Below, piece by piece: positions 40,201-55,200 of a stretch of DNA of 64,000 nucleotides; within the stretch, counting starts at the first letter, position 1; the number at the start of each line of letters is the position of its first letter. The translations under genes and the position numbers were made by a program. This stretch comes from Antedon mediterranea (taxonomy: Eukaryota; Animalia; Echinodermata), in contig NC_092673.1 of NCBI RefSeq assembly GCF_964355755.1, positions 620,001 through 684,000 of the forward strand. Direction: 5' to 3'. Under the pieces are notes generated by a model. That model ran no database searches. It was not told the origin of the DNA and was given only the letters and a program-made list of their open reading frames with translations.

Positions 40201-43200
40201 TTAGAGGTGTTTAACAATCCATATTTTATTAATATTGACAATGTTTATATAATATATCAAATAAATTGGTAAAAAAAACCTAATTTTATTTTCAATTATT
40301 ACTTCGAAAACTTTGTTTCGTGCAACAAATGGCGTAACTTGTTTACATCGTTCGCATGACTAAAAAATCATGACTTTCGACAATGTTTAGAAAATGTTTG
40401 CTTTACTGCATCTTTAGCCCTAGTAGTACTACCCCATAGTGTCTCTGAAAATAAAGTTTGGGGAAAAAAGCTTATTTTATGCTTATAAAACGCATATCAA
40501 AGCCGATGAATTTATGTGTGCCGAATCGTCCCGGGGCTAAAAACTTCATTTTTGTACAATAGGCAAGAGTTTATAATTTGTGATTTGTAATTTTAAAACA
40601 TGATTAAATTTAATTTACATGTTTTTTGATGCAAGTAGTTTTAAAAATTTCTTTTAAAATTCACCTGTTTGTTTTTGGCGTTGCTGTTCTATTGTTAGTC
40701 AACTGAAAATATTGTTAGTTGAAAGGGTGGTCACAAAACCATTACACCAAATTTGCATACACATGGTTGTAGTGAAATTAGCCTAATCACACACAGCATT
40801 GAGACACAAAAATATATATGTATTTTGTTTCTCATGAAGGAGAATTTTACAGTAGGCGGAGGTATTGATGATAAAAGAAGAGAATAAAATTGTGTAAATT
40901 GCGTAAACGTAAGGACAGTGAAACATCGTCAAAACAGGGTGATGCTCACAGAGACCACAAGTACATGATACCAAGGGTAAGAACCAATTTTGTCACTATA
41001 TTTTTAATATTATCACATATTTCCATTTAAAAGGTTTGTGTATTTCATGTAATGTTTAATGTGGGACTGTTAGTTAAAATACACAATGTAATACGTAGTA
41101 TTTGTGTTGTGAAAACATTTTCATGTAATTCTTAGAAAATGTATCATGTTTAAATATTCTGTTGTTAATGTTAGGAACTATGCCTTCCTCTGAAGTATAT
41201 TTGTCCAGTTCCTAGAATGAAGATCTACACCTTTTCACCTGTGTGCTTTTGTCCTCTACAAATAAGATTCTGGTGGCTGATGGACCACATGGATTAATGC
41301 CATAACATATATGTAAGTAGGCCTGGTTACGTAAGTAGTAGGCCAGGTTGCGTAAGTAAGTGGCAGGCCAGGTTGCGTGCGTAAGTAGCAGGCCAGATTG
41401 CTTACATAAGTAGTAGGCCAGGTTGCGTAAATAAGTAGCAGGCCAGGTTGCGTGCGTAAGTAGCAGGCCAGGTTGCGTGCGTAAGTGGCAGGCCAGGTTG
41501 CGTGCGTAAGTGGCAGGCCAGGTTGCGTGCGTAAGTGGCAGGCCAGGTTGCGTAAGTAAGTGGCAGGTCAGGTTGCGTGCGTAAGTAGCAAGCCAGGTTG
41601 CGTGCGTAAGTAGCAGGCCAGGTTGCGTGCGTAAGTAGCAGGCCAGGTTGCGTAAGTAAGTAGCAGGCCAGGTTGCGTGCGTAAGTAGCATGCCAGGTTG
41701 CGTGCGTAAGTAGCATGCCAGGTTGCGTGCGTAAGTAGCAGGCCAGGTTGCGTAAGTAAGTAGCAGGCCAGGTTGCGTAAGTAAGTACCAGGCCAGGTTG
41801 CGTAAGTGGCAGGCCAGGTTGCGTGCGTAAGTGGCAGGCCAGGTTGCGTGCGTAAGTGGCAGGCCAGGTTGCGTGCGTAAGTGGCAGGCCAGGTTGCGTG
41901 CGTAAGTGGCAGGCCAGGTTGCGTGCGTAAGTGGCAGGCCAGGTTGCGTGCGTAAGTGGCAGGCCAGGTTGCGTGCGTAAGTGGCAGGCCAGGTTGCGTG
42001 CGTAAGTGGCAGGCCAGGTTGCGTGCGTAAGTGGCAGGCCAGGTTGCGTGCGTAAGTGGCAGGCCAGGTTGCGTGCGTAAGTGGCAGGCCAGGTTGCGTA
42101 AGTAAGTTGCAGGCCAGGTTGCGTAAGTAAGTGGCAGGCCAGGTTGCGTGCGTAAGTAGCAGGCCAGGTCGCGTGAGTAAGTAGCAGGCCAGGTCGCATA
42201 AGTAAGTAGAAGGCCAGGTTGCCTAAGTAAGTAGAAGGCCAGGTTGCGTGCGTAAGTAGAAGGCCAGGTTGCGTGTGTAAGTAGCTGGCCAGGTTGCGTG
42301 CATAAGTAGCAGGCCAGGTTGCGTGCGTAAGTAGAAGGCCAGGTTGCGTGCGTAAGTAGCTGGCCAGGTTGCGTGCGTAAGTAGCAGGCCAGGTTGCGTG
42401 CTTAAGTAGTAGGCCAGGTTGCGTACGTAAGTAGGCCAGGTTGCGTAAGTAGCAGGCCAGATTGCTTACGTAAGTAGTAGGCCAGGTTGCGTACGTAAGT
42501 AGTAGGTCAGGTTATGCAAGTAGCAGGCCAGGTTGCGTGCGTAAGTAGCAGGCCAGGTTGCGTGCGTAAGTAGCAGGCCAGGTTGCGTGCGTAAGTGGCA
42601 GACTAGGTTGCCTAAGTAAGTGGCAGGCCAGGTTGCGTGCGTAAGTGGCAGGCCAGGTTGCGTGCGTAAGTGGCAGGCCAGGTTGCGTGCGTAAGTGGCA
42701 GGCCAGGTTGCGTGCGTAAGTGGCAGGCCAGGTTGCGTGCGTAAGTGGCAGGCCAGGTTGCGTGCGTAAGTAGCAGGCCAGGTTGCGTGCGTAAGTAGCA
42801 GGCCAGGTTGCGTGAGTAAGTGGCAGGCCAGGTTGCGTAAGTAAGTGGCAGGCCAGGTTGCGTAAGTAAGTGGCAGGCCAGGTTGCGTAAGTAAGTGGCA
42901 GGCCAGGTTGCCTAAGTAAGTAGCAGGCCAGGTTGCGTGCGTAAGTAGCAGGCCAGGTTGCGTGCGTAAGTAGCAGGCCAGGTTGCGTGCGTAAGTAGCA
43001 GGCCAGGTTGCGTGCGTAAGTAGCAGGCCAGGTTGCGTGCGTAAGTAGCAGGCCAGGTTGCGTGAGTAAGTAGCAGGCCAGGTTGCGTAAGTAGCAGGTC
43101 AGATTGCTTACGTAAGTAGTAGGCCAGGTTGCGTACTTAAGTAGTAGGTCAGGTTATGCAAGTAGCAGGCCAGGTTGCGTGCGTAAGTAGCAGGCCAGGT

Positions 43201-46200
43201 TGCGTGCGTAAGTAGCAGGCCAGGTTGCGTAAGTAAGTGGCAGGCCAGGTTGCGTGCGTAAGTGGCAGGCCAGTTTGCGTGCGTAAGTAGCAAGCCAGGT
43301 TGGGTGCGTAAAGCAAGCCAGGTTGCGTGAGTAAGTGGCAGGGCAGGTTGCGTGCGTAAGTGGCAGGGCAGGTTGCGTGCGTAAGTGGCAGGCCAGGTTG
43401 CGTGCGTAAGTGGCAGGCCAGGTTGCGTGCGTAAGTGGCAGGCCAGGTTGCGTGCGTAAGTGGCAGGCCAGGTTGCGTAAGTAAGTACCAGGCCAGGTTG
43501 CGTAAGTGGCAGGCCAGGTTGCGTGCGTAAGTGGCAGGCCAGGTTGCGTGTGTAAGTGGCAGGCCAGGTTGCGTGCGTAAGTGGCAGGCCAAGTTGCGTG
43601 CGTAAGTGGCAGGCCAGGTTGCGTGCGTAAGTGGCAGGCCAGGTTGCGTGCGTAAGTGGAAGGCCAGGTTGCGTAAGTAAGTAGCAGGCCAGGTTGCGTG
43701 CGTAAGTAGCAGGGCAGGTTGCGTGCGTAAGTAGCAGGCCAGGTTGCGTGCGTAAGTAGCAGGCCAGGTTGCGTGAGTAAGTAGCAGGCCAGGTTGCGTG
43801 CGTAAGTAGCAGGCCAGGTTGCGTAAGTAAGTAGAAGGCCAGGTTGCCTAAGTAAGTAGAAGGCCAGGTTGCGTGCGTAAGTAGAAGGCCAGGTTGCGTG
43901 CGTAAGTAGCAGGCCAGGTTGCGTGCGTAAGTAGCAGGCCAGGTTGCGTGCGTAAGTAGCAGGCCAGGTTGCGTAAGTAAGTAGTAGGCCAGTTTATGTT
44001 TTTTTTTTTACCCTTCTTTTCAGTAATCAAAACGTAGATACGGATGCTGTGATGCTTGCTAACGTCAAGACGATTGTTGGGAATGTGACTACTCCTTGGT
44101 TAGTAGATTGTTTTAGTATACTAGATTAATGGCAAATTAAATCTATGTCATAAGGTGTCCACTTTATTTATATTTGCATAGTTCAGCAATACCCTAACAA
44201 ACACCACATAATGTATGGCTACCTTTTTAGTTGCATATTAAATATAATTTGTTTAAATTATTATTTTGAATGCTTTATTCAGGATACGAAGAAATTTGGC
44301 GGACAAAACAGGATTAGCGAGAAATGCAGGTTAAAGCAATGTATTGGATTGTCTTTGGTAAGTTCTGTACTTAATTAAGGAATTTATTTACTTCTTATCT
44401 AAAGACCATTTTCCTATAATTTGTGACAATTTGTAAAAATAATAAATATATATAATACTTTAAAAACATTAAACCAAGTCATTCCTTGTCTTAAATAAAC
44501 GTTTTATGGTAAATTATGATAGAAAGCTACATATATAGCTAGATAGATCACTTTGTGGTCCGAAACATATAACTTTAGACCAAATTCATATTCATTTTTG
44601 TTGACATTTATCACATTTTTAGAGGTGTTTAACAATCCATATTTTATTAATATTGACAATGTTTATATAATATATCAAATAAATTGCTAAAAAAAAACTA
44701 ATTTTATTTTCAATTATTACTTCGAAAACTTTGTTTCGTGCAACAAATGGCGTAACTTGTTTACATCGTTCGCATGACTAAAAAATGATGACTTTCGACA
44801 ATGTTTAGAAAATGTTTGCTTTATTGCATCTTTAGCCCTAGTAGTACTACCCCATAGTGTCTGTCTCTGAAAATAAAGTTTGGGGAAAAAAGCTTATTTT
44901 ATGCTTATAAAACGCATATCAAAGCCGATGAATTTATGTGTGCCGAATCGTCCCGGGGCTAAAAACTTCATTTTTGTACAATAGGCAAGAGTTTATAATT
45001 TGTGATTTGTAATTTTAAAACATGATTAAATTTAATTTACATGTTTTTTGATGCAAGTAGTTTTAAAAATTTCTTTTAAAATTCACCTGTTTGTTTTTGG
45101 CGTTGCTGTTCTATTGTTAGTCAACTGAAAATATTGTTAGTTGAAAGGCTGGTTACAAAACCATTACACCAAATTTGCATACACATGGTTGTAGTGAAAT
45201 TAGCCTAATCACACACAGCATTGAGACACAAAAATATATATGTATTTTGTTTCTCATGAAGGAGAATTTTACAGTAGGCGGAGGTATTGATGATAAAAGA
45301 AGAGAATAAAATTGTGTAAATTGCGTAAACGTAAGGACAGTGAAACATCGTCAAAACAGGGTGATGCTCACAGAGACCACAAGTACATGATACCAAGGGT
45401 AAGAACCAATTTTGTCACTATATTTTTAATATTATCACATATTTCCATTTAAAAGGTTTGTGTATTTCATGTAATGTTTAATGTGGGACTGTTAGTTAAA
45501 ATACACAATGTAATACGTAGTATTTGTGTTGTGAAAACATTTTCATGTAATTCTTAGAAAATGTATCATGTTTAAATATTCTGTTGTTAATGTTAGGAAC
45601 TATGCCTTCCTCTGAAGTATATTTGTCCAGTTCCTAGAATGAAGATCTACACCTTTTCACCTGTGTGCTTTTGTCCTCTACAAATAAGATTCTGGTGGCT
45701 GATGGACCACATGGATTAATGCCATAACATATATGTAAGTAGGCCTGGTTACGTAAGTAGTAGGCCAGGTTGCGTAAGTAAGTGGCAGGCCAGGTTGCGT
45801 GCGTAAGTAGCAGGCCAGATTGCTTACATAAGTAGTAGGCCAGGTTGCGTAAATAAGTAGCAGGCCAGGTTGCGTGCGTAAGTAGCAGGCCAGGTTGCGT
45901 GCGTAAGTGGCAGGCCAGGTTGCGTGCGTAAGTGGCAGGCCAGGTTGCGTGCGTAAGTGGCAGGCCAGGTTGCGTAAGTAAGTGGCAGGTCAGGTTGCGT
46001 GCGTAAGTAGCAAGCCAGGTTGCGTGCGTAAGTAGCAGGCCAGGTTGCGTGCGTAAGTAGCAGGCCAGGTTGCGTAAGTAAGTAGCAGGCCAGGTTGCGT
46101 GCGTAAGTAGCATGCCAGGTTGCGTGCGTAAGTAGCATGCCAGGTTGCGTGCGTAAGTAGCAGGCCAGGTTGCGTAAGTAAGTAGCAGGCCAGGTTGCGT

Positions 46201-49200
46201 AAGTAAGTACCAGGCCAGGTTGCGTAAGTGGCAGGCCAGGTTGCGTGCGTAAGTGGCAGGCCAGGTTGCGTGCGTAAGTGGCAGGCCAGGTTGCGTGCGT
46301 AAGTGGCAGGCCAGGTTGCGTGCGTAAGTGGCAGGCCAGGTTGCGTGCGTAAGTGGCAGGCCAGGTTGCGTGCGTAAGTGGCAGGCCAGGTTGCGTGCGT
46401 AAGTGGCAGGCCAGGTTGCGTGCGTAAGTGGCAGGCCAGGTTGCGTGCGTAAGTGGCAGGCCAGGTTGCGTGCGTAAGTGGCAGGCCAGGTTGCGTGCGT
46501 AAGTGGCAGGCCAGGTTGCGTAAGTAAGTTGCAGGCCAGGTTGCGTAAGTAAGTGGCAGGCCAGGTTGCGTGCGTAAGTAGCAGGCCAGGTCGCGTGAGT
46601 AAGTAGCAGGCCAGGTCGCATAAGTAAGTAGAAGGCCAGGTTGCCTAAGTAAGTAGAAGGCCAGGTTGCGTGCGTAAGTAGAAGGCCAGGTTGCGTGTGT
46701 AAGTAGCTGGCCAGGTTGCGTGCATAAGTAGCAGGCCAGGTTGCGTGCGTAAGTAGAAGGCCAGGTTGCGTGCGTAAGTAGCTGGCCAGGTTGCGTGCGT
46801 AAGTAGCAGGCCAGGTTGCGTGCTTAAGTAGTAGGCCAGGTTGCGTACGTAAGTAGGCCAGGTTGCGTAAGTAGCAGGCCAGATTGCTTACGTAAGTAGC
46901 AGGCCAGGTTGCGTGCGTAAGTAGCAGGCCAGGTTGCGTGCGTAAGTAGCAGGCCAGGTTGCGTGCGTAAGTGGCAGACTAGGTTGCCTAAGTAAGTGGC
47001 AGGCCAGGTTGCGTGCGTAAGTGGCAGGCCAGGTTGCGTGCGTAAGTGGCAGGCCAGGTTGCGTGCGTAAGTGGCAGGCCAGGTTGCGTGCGTAAGTGGC
47101 AGGCCAGGTTGCGTGCGTAAGTGGCAGGCCAGGTTGCGTGCGTAAGTAGCAGGCCAGGTTGCGTGCGTAAGTAGCAGGCCAGGTTGCGTGAGTAAGTGGC
47201 AGGCCAGGTTGCGTAAGTAAGTGGCAGGCCAGGTTGCGTAAGTAAGTGGCAGGCCAGGTTGCGTAAGTAAGTGGCAGGCCAGGTTGCCTAAGTAAGTAGC
47301 AGGCCAGGTTGCGTGCGTAAGTAGCAGGCCAGGTTGCGTGCGTAAGTAGCAGGCCAGGTTGCGTGCGTAAGTAGCAGGCCAGGTTGCGTGCGTAAGTAGC
47401 AGGCCAGGTTGCGTGCGTAAGTAGCAGGCCAGGTTGCGTGAGTAAGTAGCAGGCCAGGTTGCGTAAGTAGCAGGTCAGATTGCTTACGTAAGTAGTAGGC
47501 CAGGTTGCGTACTTAAGTAGTAGGTCAGGTTATGCAAGTAGCAGGCCAGGTTGCGTGCGTAAGTAGCAGGCCAGGTTGCGTGCGTAAGTAGCAGGCCAGG
47601 TTGCGTAAGTAAGTGGCAGGCCAGGTTGCGTGCGTAAGTGGCAGGCCAGTTTGCGTGCGTAAGTAGCAAGCCAGGTTGGGTGCGTAAAGCAAGCCAGGTT
47701 GCGTGCGTAAGTGGCAGGGCAGGTTGCGTGCGTAAGTGGCAGGCCAGGTTGCGTGCGTAAGTGGCAGGCCAGGTTGCGTGCGTAAGTGGCAGGCCAGGTT
47801 GCGTGCGTAAGTGGCAGGCCAGGTTGCGTAAGTAAGTACCAGGCCAGGTTGCGTAAGTGGCAGGCCAGGTTGCGTGCGTAAGTGGCAGGCCAGGTTGCGT
47901 GCGTAAGTGGCAGGCCAGGTTGCGTGCGTAAGTGGCAGGCCAAGTTGCGTGCGTAAGTGGCAGGCCAGGTTGCGTGCGTAAGTGGCAGGCCAGGTTGCGT
48001 GCGTAAGTGGAAGGCCAGGTTGCGTAAGTAAGTAGCAGGCCAGGTTGCGTGCGTAAGTAGCAGGGCAGGTTGCGTGCGTAAGTAGCAGGCCAGGTTGCGT
48101 GCGTAAGTAGCAGGCCAGGTTGCGTGAGTAAGTAGCAGGCCAGGTTGCGTGCGTAAGTAGCAGGCCAGGTTGCGTAAGTAAGTAGAAGGCCAGGTTGCCT
48201 AAGTAAGTAGAAGGCCAGGTTGCGTGCGTAAGTAGAAGGCCAGGTTGCGTGCGTAAGTAGCAGGCCAGGTTGCGTGCGTAAGTAGCAGGCCAGGTTGCGT
48301 GCGTAAGTAGCAGGCCAGGTTGCGTAAGTAAGTAGTAGGCCAGTTTATGTTTTTTTTTTTACCCTTCTTTTCAGTAATCAAAACGTAGATACGGATGCTG
48401 TGATGCTTGCTAACGTCAAGACGATTGTTGGGAATGTGACTACTCCTTGGTTAGTAGATTGTTTTAGTATACTAGATTAATGGCAAATTAAATCTATGTC
48501 ATAAGGTGTCCACTTTATTTATATTTGCATAGTTCAGCAATACCCTAACAAACACCACATAATGTATGGCTACCTTTTTAGTTGCATATTAAATATAATT
48601 TGTTTAAATTATTATTTTGAATGCTTTATTCAGGATACGAAGAAATTTGGCGGACAAAACAGGATTAGCGAGAAATGCAGGTTAAAGCAATGTATTGGAT
48701 TGTCTTTGGTAAGTTCTGTACTTAATTAAGGAATTTATTTACTTCTTATCTAAAGACCATTTTCCTATAATTTGTGACAATTTGTAAAAATAATAAATAT
48801 ATATAATACTTTAAAAACATTAAACCAAGTCATTCCTTGTCTTAAATAAACGTTTTATGGTAAATTATGATAGAAAGCTACATATATAGCTAGATAGATC
48901 ACTTTGTGGTCCGAAACATATAACTTTAGACCAAATTCATATTCATTTTTGTTGACATTTATCACATTTTTAGAGGTGTTTAACAATCCATATTTTATTA
49001 ATATTGACAATGTTTATATAATATATCAAATAAATTGCTAAAAAAAAACTAATTTTATTTTCAATTATTACTTCGAAAACTTTGTTTCGTGCAACAAATG
49101 GCGTAACTTGTTTACATCGTTCGCATGACTAAAAAATGATGACTTTCGACAATGTTTAGAAAATGTTTGCTTTATTGCATCTTTAGCCCTAGTAGTACTA

Positions 49201-52200
49201 CCCCATAGTGTCTGTCTCTGAAAATAAAGTTTGGGGAAAAAAGCTTATTTTATGCTTATAAAACGCATATCAAAGCCGATGAATTTATGTGTGCCGAATC
49301 GTCCCGGGGCTAAAAACTTCATTTTTGTACAATAGGCAAGAGTTTATAATTTGTGATTTGTAATTTTAAAACATGATTAAATTTAATTTACATGTTTTTT
49401 GATGCAAGTAGTTTTAAAAATTTCTTTTAAAATTCACCTGTTTGTTTTTGGCGTTGCTGTTCTATTGTTAGTCAACTGAAAATATTGTTAGTTGAAAGGC
49501 TGGTTACAAAACCATTACACCAAATTTGCATACACATGGTTGTAGTGAAATTAGCCTAATCACACACAGCATTGAGACACAAAAATATATATGTATTTTG
49601 TTTCTCATGAAGGAGAATTTTACAGTAGGCGGAGGTATTGATGATAAAAGAAGAGAATAAAATTGTGTAAATTGCGTAAACGTAAGGACAGTGAAACATC
49701 GTCAAAACAGGGTGATGCTCACAGAGACCACAAGTACATGATACCAAGGGTAAGAACCAATTTTGTCACTATATTTTTAATATTATCACATATTTCTATT
49801 TAAAAGGTTTGTGTATTTCATGTAATGTTTAATGTGGGACTGTTATTAGTTAAAATACACAATGTAATACGTAGTATTTGTGTTGTGAAAACATTTTCAT
49901 GTAATTCTTAGAAAATGTATCATGTTTAAATATTCTGTTGTTAATGTTAGGAACTATGCCTTCCCCTGAAGTATATTTGTCCAGTTCCCAGAATGAAGAT
50001 ATACACCTTTTCACCTGTGTGCTTTTGTCCTCTACAAATAAGATTCTGGTGGCTGATGGACCACATGGATTAATGCCATAACATATATGTAAGTAGGCCT
50101 GGTTACGTAAGTAGTAGGCCAGGTTGCGTACGTAAGTAGGCCAGGTTGCGTAAGTAGCAGGCCAGATTGCTTACGTAAGTAGTAGGCCAGGTTGCGTACT
50201 TAAGTAGTAGGTCAGGTTATGCAAGTAGCAGGCCAGGTTGCGTGCGTAAGTAGCAGGCCAGATTGCGTGCGTAAGTAGCAGGCCAGGTTGCGTGCGTAAG
50301 TGGCAGGCCAGGTTGCGTGCGTAAGTGGCAGGCCAGGTTGCGTGCGTAAGTGGCAGGCCAGGTTGCGTACGTAAGTAGCAGGCCAGGTTGCGTGCGTAAG
50401 TAGCAGGCCAGGTTGCGTGAGTAAGTGGCAGGCCAGGTTGCGTAAGTAAGTGGCAGGCCAGGTTGCGTAAGTAAGTGGCAGGCCAGGTTGCGTAAGTAAG
50501 TACCAGGCCAGGTTGCGTGCGTAAGTAGCAGGCCAGGTTGCGTGCGTAAGTAGCAGGCCAGGTTGCGTGCGTAAGTAGCAGGCCAGGTTGCGTGCGTAAG
50601 TAGCAGGCCAGGTTGCGTAAGTAAGTAGAAGGCCAGGTTGCGTAAGTAAGTAGTAGGCCAGTTTATGTTTTTTTTTTACCCTTCTTTTCAGTAATCAAAA
50701 CGTAGATACGGATGCTGTGATGCTTGCTAACGTCAAGACGATTGTGGCTTCTCCTTGGTTAGTAGATTGTTTTAGTATACTAGATTAAAGGCAAATTAAA
50801 TCTATGTCATAAGGTGTCCACTTTATTTATATTTGTATGGTTCAGCAATACCCTAACAAACACCACATAATGTATGGCTACCTTTTTAGTTGAATATTAA
50901 ATATAATTTTTTTAAATTATTATTGTGAATGCTTTACTCGGGATACGAAGAAATTTGGCGGACAAAACAGGATTAGCGAGAAATGCAGGTTAAAGCAATG
51001 TATTGGATTGCCTTTGGTAAGTTCTGTACTTAATTAAAGAATTTCCTTTCTTCTTATTTAAAGACCATTTTTCTATAATTTGTGACAATTTGTAAAAATA
51101 ATAAATATATATAATACTTTAAAAACATTAAACCAAGTCATTCCTTGTCTTAAATAAACGTTTTATGGTAAATTATGATAGAAAGCTACGTAGATAGCTA
51201 GATAGATCACTTTGTGGTCCGAAACGTATAACTTTAGACCAAATTCATATTCATTTTTGTTGACATTTATTACATTTTTAGAGGTGTTTAACAATCCATA
51301 TTTTATTAATATTGACAATGTTTATATAATATATCAAATAAATTGGTAAAAAAAACCTAATTTTATTTTCAATTATTACTTCGAAAACTTTGTTTCGTGC
51401 AACAAAGGGCGTAACTTGTTTACATCGTTCGCATGACTAAAAAATCATGACTTTCGACAATGTTTAGAAAATGTTTGCTTTATTGCATCTTTAGCCCTAG
51501 TAGTACTACCCCATAGTGTCTCTGAAAATAAAGTTTGGGGAAAAAAGCTTATTTTATGCTTATAAAACGCATATCAAAGCCGATGAATTTATGTGTGCCG
51601 AATCGTCCCGGGGCTAAAAACTTCATTTTTGTACAATAGGCAAGAGTTTATAATTTGTGATTTGTAATTTTAAAACATGATTAAATTTAATTTACATGTT
51701 TTTTGATGCAAGTAGTTTTAAAAATTTCTTTTAAAATTCACCTGTTTGTTTTTGGCGTTGCTGTTCTATTGTTAGTCAACTGAAAATATTGTTAGTTGAA
51801 AGGGTGGTCACAAAACCATTACACCAAATTTGCATACACATGGTTGTAGTGAAATTAGCCTAATCACACACAGCATTGAGACACAAAAATATATATGTAT
51901 TTTGTTTCTCATGAAGGAGAATTTTACAGTAGGCGGAGGTATTGATGATAAAAGAAGAGAATAAAATTGTGTAAATTGCGTAAACGTAAGGACAGTGAAA
52001 CATCGTCAAAACAGGGTGATGCTCACAGAGACCACAAGTACATGATACCAAGGGTAAGAACCAATTTTGTCACTATATTTTTAATATTATCACATATTTC
52101 CATTTAAAAGGTTTGTGTATTTCATGTAATGTTTAATGTGGGACTGTTAGTTAAAATACACAATGTAATACGTAGTATTTGTGTTGTGAAAACATTTTCA

Positions 52201-55200
52201 TGTAATTCTTAGAAAATGTATCATGTTTAAATATTCTGTTGTTAATGTTAGGAACTATGCCTTCCTCTGAAGTATATTTGTCCAGTTCCTAGAATGAAGA
52301 TCTACACCTTTTCACCTGTGTGCTTTTGTCCTCTACAAATAAGATTCTGGTGGCTGATGGACCACATGGATTAATGCCATAACATATATGTAAGTAGGCC
52401 TGGTTACGTAAGTAGTAGGCCAGGTTGCGTAAGTAAGTGGCAGGCCAGATTGCTTACATAAGTAGTAGGCCAGGTTGCGTAAATAAGTAGCAGGCCAGGT
52501 TGCGTGCGTAAGTAGCAGGCCAGGTTGCGTGCGTAAGTGGCAGGCCAGGTTGCGTGCGTAAGTGGCAGGCCAGGTTGCGTGCGTAAGTGGCAGGCCAGGT
52601 TGCGTGCGTAAGTGGCAGGCCAGGTTGCGTGCGTAAGTGGCAGGCCAGGTTGCGTAAGTAAGTGGCAGGTCAGGTTGCGTGCGTAAGTAGCAAGCCAGGT
52701 TGCGTGCGTAAGTAGCAGGCCAGGTTGCGTGCGTAAGTAGCAGGCCAGGTTGCGTAAGTAAGTAGCAGGCCAGGTTGCGTGCGTAAGTAGCATGCCAGGT
52801 TGCGTGCGTAAGTAGCATGCCAGGTTGCGTGCGTAAGTAGCAGGCCAGGTTGCGTAAGTAAGTAGCAGGCCAGGTTGCGTAAGTAAGTACCAGGCCAGGT
52901 TGCGTAAGTGGCAGGCCAGGTTGCGTGCGTAAGTGGCAGGCCAGGTTGCGTGCGTAAGTGGCAGGCCAGGTTGCGTGCGTAAGTGGCAGGCCAGGTTGCG
53001 TGCGTAAGTGGCAGGCCAGGTTGCGTGCGTAAGTGGCAGGCCAGGTTGCGTGCGTAAGTGGCAGGCCAGGTTGCGTGCGTAAGTGGCAGGCCAGGTTGCG
53101 TGCGTAAGTGGCAGGCCAGGTTGCGTGCGTAAGTGGCAGGCCAGGTTGCGTGCGTAAGTTGCAGGCCAGGTTGCGTAAGTAAGTTGCAGGCCAGGTTGCG
53201 TAAGTAAGTGGCAGGCCAGGTCGCGTGAGTAAGTAGCAGGCCAGGTCGCATAAGTAAGTAGCAGGCCAGGTCGCATAAGTAAGTAGAAGGCCAGGTTGCG
53301 TGCGTAAGTAGAAGGCCAGGTTGCGTGCGTAAGTAGAAGGCCAGGTTGCGTGCGTAAGTAGCTGGCCAGGTTGCGTGCATAAGTAGCAGGCCAGGTTGCG
53401 TGCGTAAGTAGAAGGCCAGGTTGCGTGCGTAAGTAGCTGGCCAGGTTGCGTGCGTAAGTAGCAGGCCAGGTTGCGTGCTTAAGTAGTAGGCCAGGTTGCG
53501 TACGTAAGTAGGCCAGGTTGCGTAAGTAGCAGGCCAGATTGCTTACGTAAGTAGTAGGCCAGGTTGCGTACGTAAGTAGTAGGTCAGGTTATGCAAGTAG
53601 CAGGCCAGGTTGCGTGCGTAAGTAGCAGGCCAGGTTGCGTGCGTAAGTAGCAGGCCAGGTTGCGTAAGTAAGTGGCAGACTAGGTTGCCTAAGTAAGTGG
53701 CAGGCCAGGTTGCGTGCGTAAGTGGCAGGCCAGGTTGCGTGCGTAAGTGGCAGGCCAGGTTGCGTGCGTAAGTGGCAGGCCAGGTTGCGTGCGTAAGTGG
53801 CAGGCCAGGTTGCGTGCGTAAGTGGCAGGCCAGGTTGCGTGCGTAAGTAGCAGGCCAGGTTGCGTGCGTAAGTAGCAGGCCAGGTTGCGTGAGTAAGTGG
53901 CAGGCCAGGTTGCGTAAGTAAGTGGCAGGCCAGGTTGCGTAAGTAAGTGGCAGGCCAGGTTGCGTAAGTAAGTGGCAGGCCAGGTTGCCTAAGTAAGTAG
54001 CAGGCCAGGTTGCGTGCGTAAGTAGCAGGCCAGGTTGCGTGCGTAAGTAGCAGGCCAGGTTGCGTGCGTAAGTAGCAGGCCAGGTTGCGTGCGTAAGTAG
54101 CAGGCCAGGTTGCGTGCGTAAGTAGCAGGCCAGGTTGCGTGAGTAAGTAGCAGGCCAGGTTGCGTAAGTAGCAGGTCAGATTGCTTACGTAAGTAGTAGG
54201 CCAGGTTGCGTACTTAAGTAGTAGGTCAGGTTATGCAAGTAGCAGGCCAGGTTGCGTGCGTAAGTAGCAGGCCAGGTTGCGTGCGTAAGTAGCAGGCCAG
54301 GTTGCGTAAGTAAGTGGCAGGCCAGGTTGCGTGCGTAAGTGGCAGGCCAGTTTGCGTGCGTAAGTAGCAAGCCAGGTTGGGTGCGTAAAGCAAGCCAGGT
54401 TGCGTGAGTAAGTGGCAGGGCAGGTTGCGTGCGTAAGTGGCAGGGCAGGTTGCGTGCGTAAGTGGCAGGCCAGGTTGCGTGCGTAAGTGGCAGGCCAGGT
54501 TGCGTGCGTAAGTGGCAGGCCAGGTTGCGTGCGTAAGTGGCAGGCCAGGTTGCGTAAGTAAGTACCAGGCCAGGTTGCGTAAGTGGCAGGCCAGGTTGCG
54601 TGCGTAAGTGGCAGGCCAGGTACGTGCTTAAGTGGCAGGCCAGGTTGCGTGCGTAAGTGGCAGGCCAAGTTGCGTGCGTAAGTGGCAGGCCAGGTTGCGT
54701 GCGTAAGTGGCAGGCCAGGTTGCGTGCGTAAGTGGAAGGCCAGGTTGCGTAAGTAAGTAGCAGGCCAGGTTGCGTGCGTAAGTAGCAGGGCAGGTTGCGT
54801 GCGTAAGTAGCAGGCCAGGTTGCGTGCGTAAGTAGCAGGCCAGGTTGCGTGAGTAAGTAGCAGGCCAGGTTGCGTGCGTAAGTAGCAGGCCAGGTTGCGT
54901 AAGTAAGTAGAAGGCCAGGTTGCCTAAGTAAGTAGAAGGCCAGGTTGCGTGCGTAAGTAGAAGGCCAGGTTGCGTGCGTAAGTAGCAGGCCAGGTTGCGT
55001 GCGTAAGTAGCAGGCCAGGTTGCGTGCGTAAGTAGCAGGCCAGGTTGCGTAAGTAAGTAGTAGGCCAGTTTATGTTTTTTTTTTTACCCTTCTTTTCAGT
55101 AATCAAAACGTAGATACGGATGCTGTGATGCTTGCTAACGTCAAGACGATTGTGGGGAATGTGACTACTCCTTGGTTAGTAGATTGTTTTAGTATACTAG

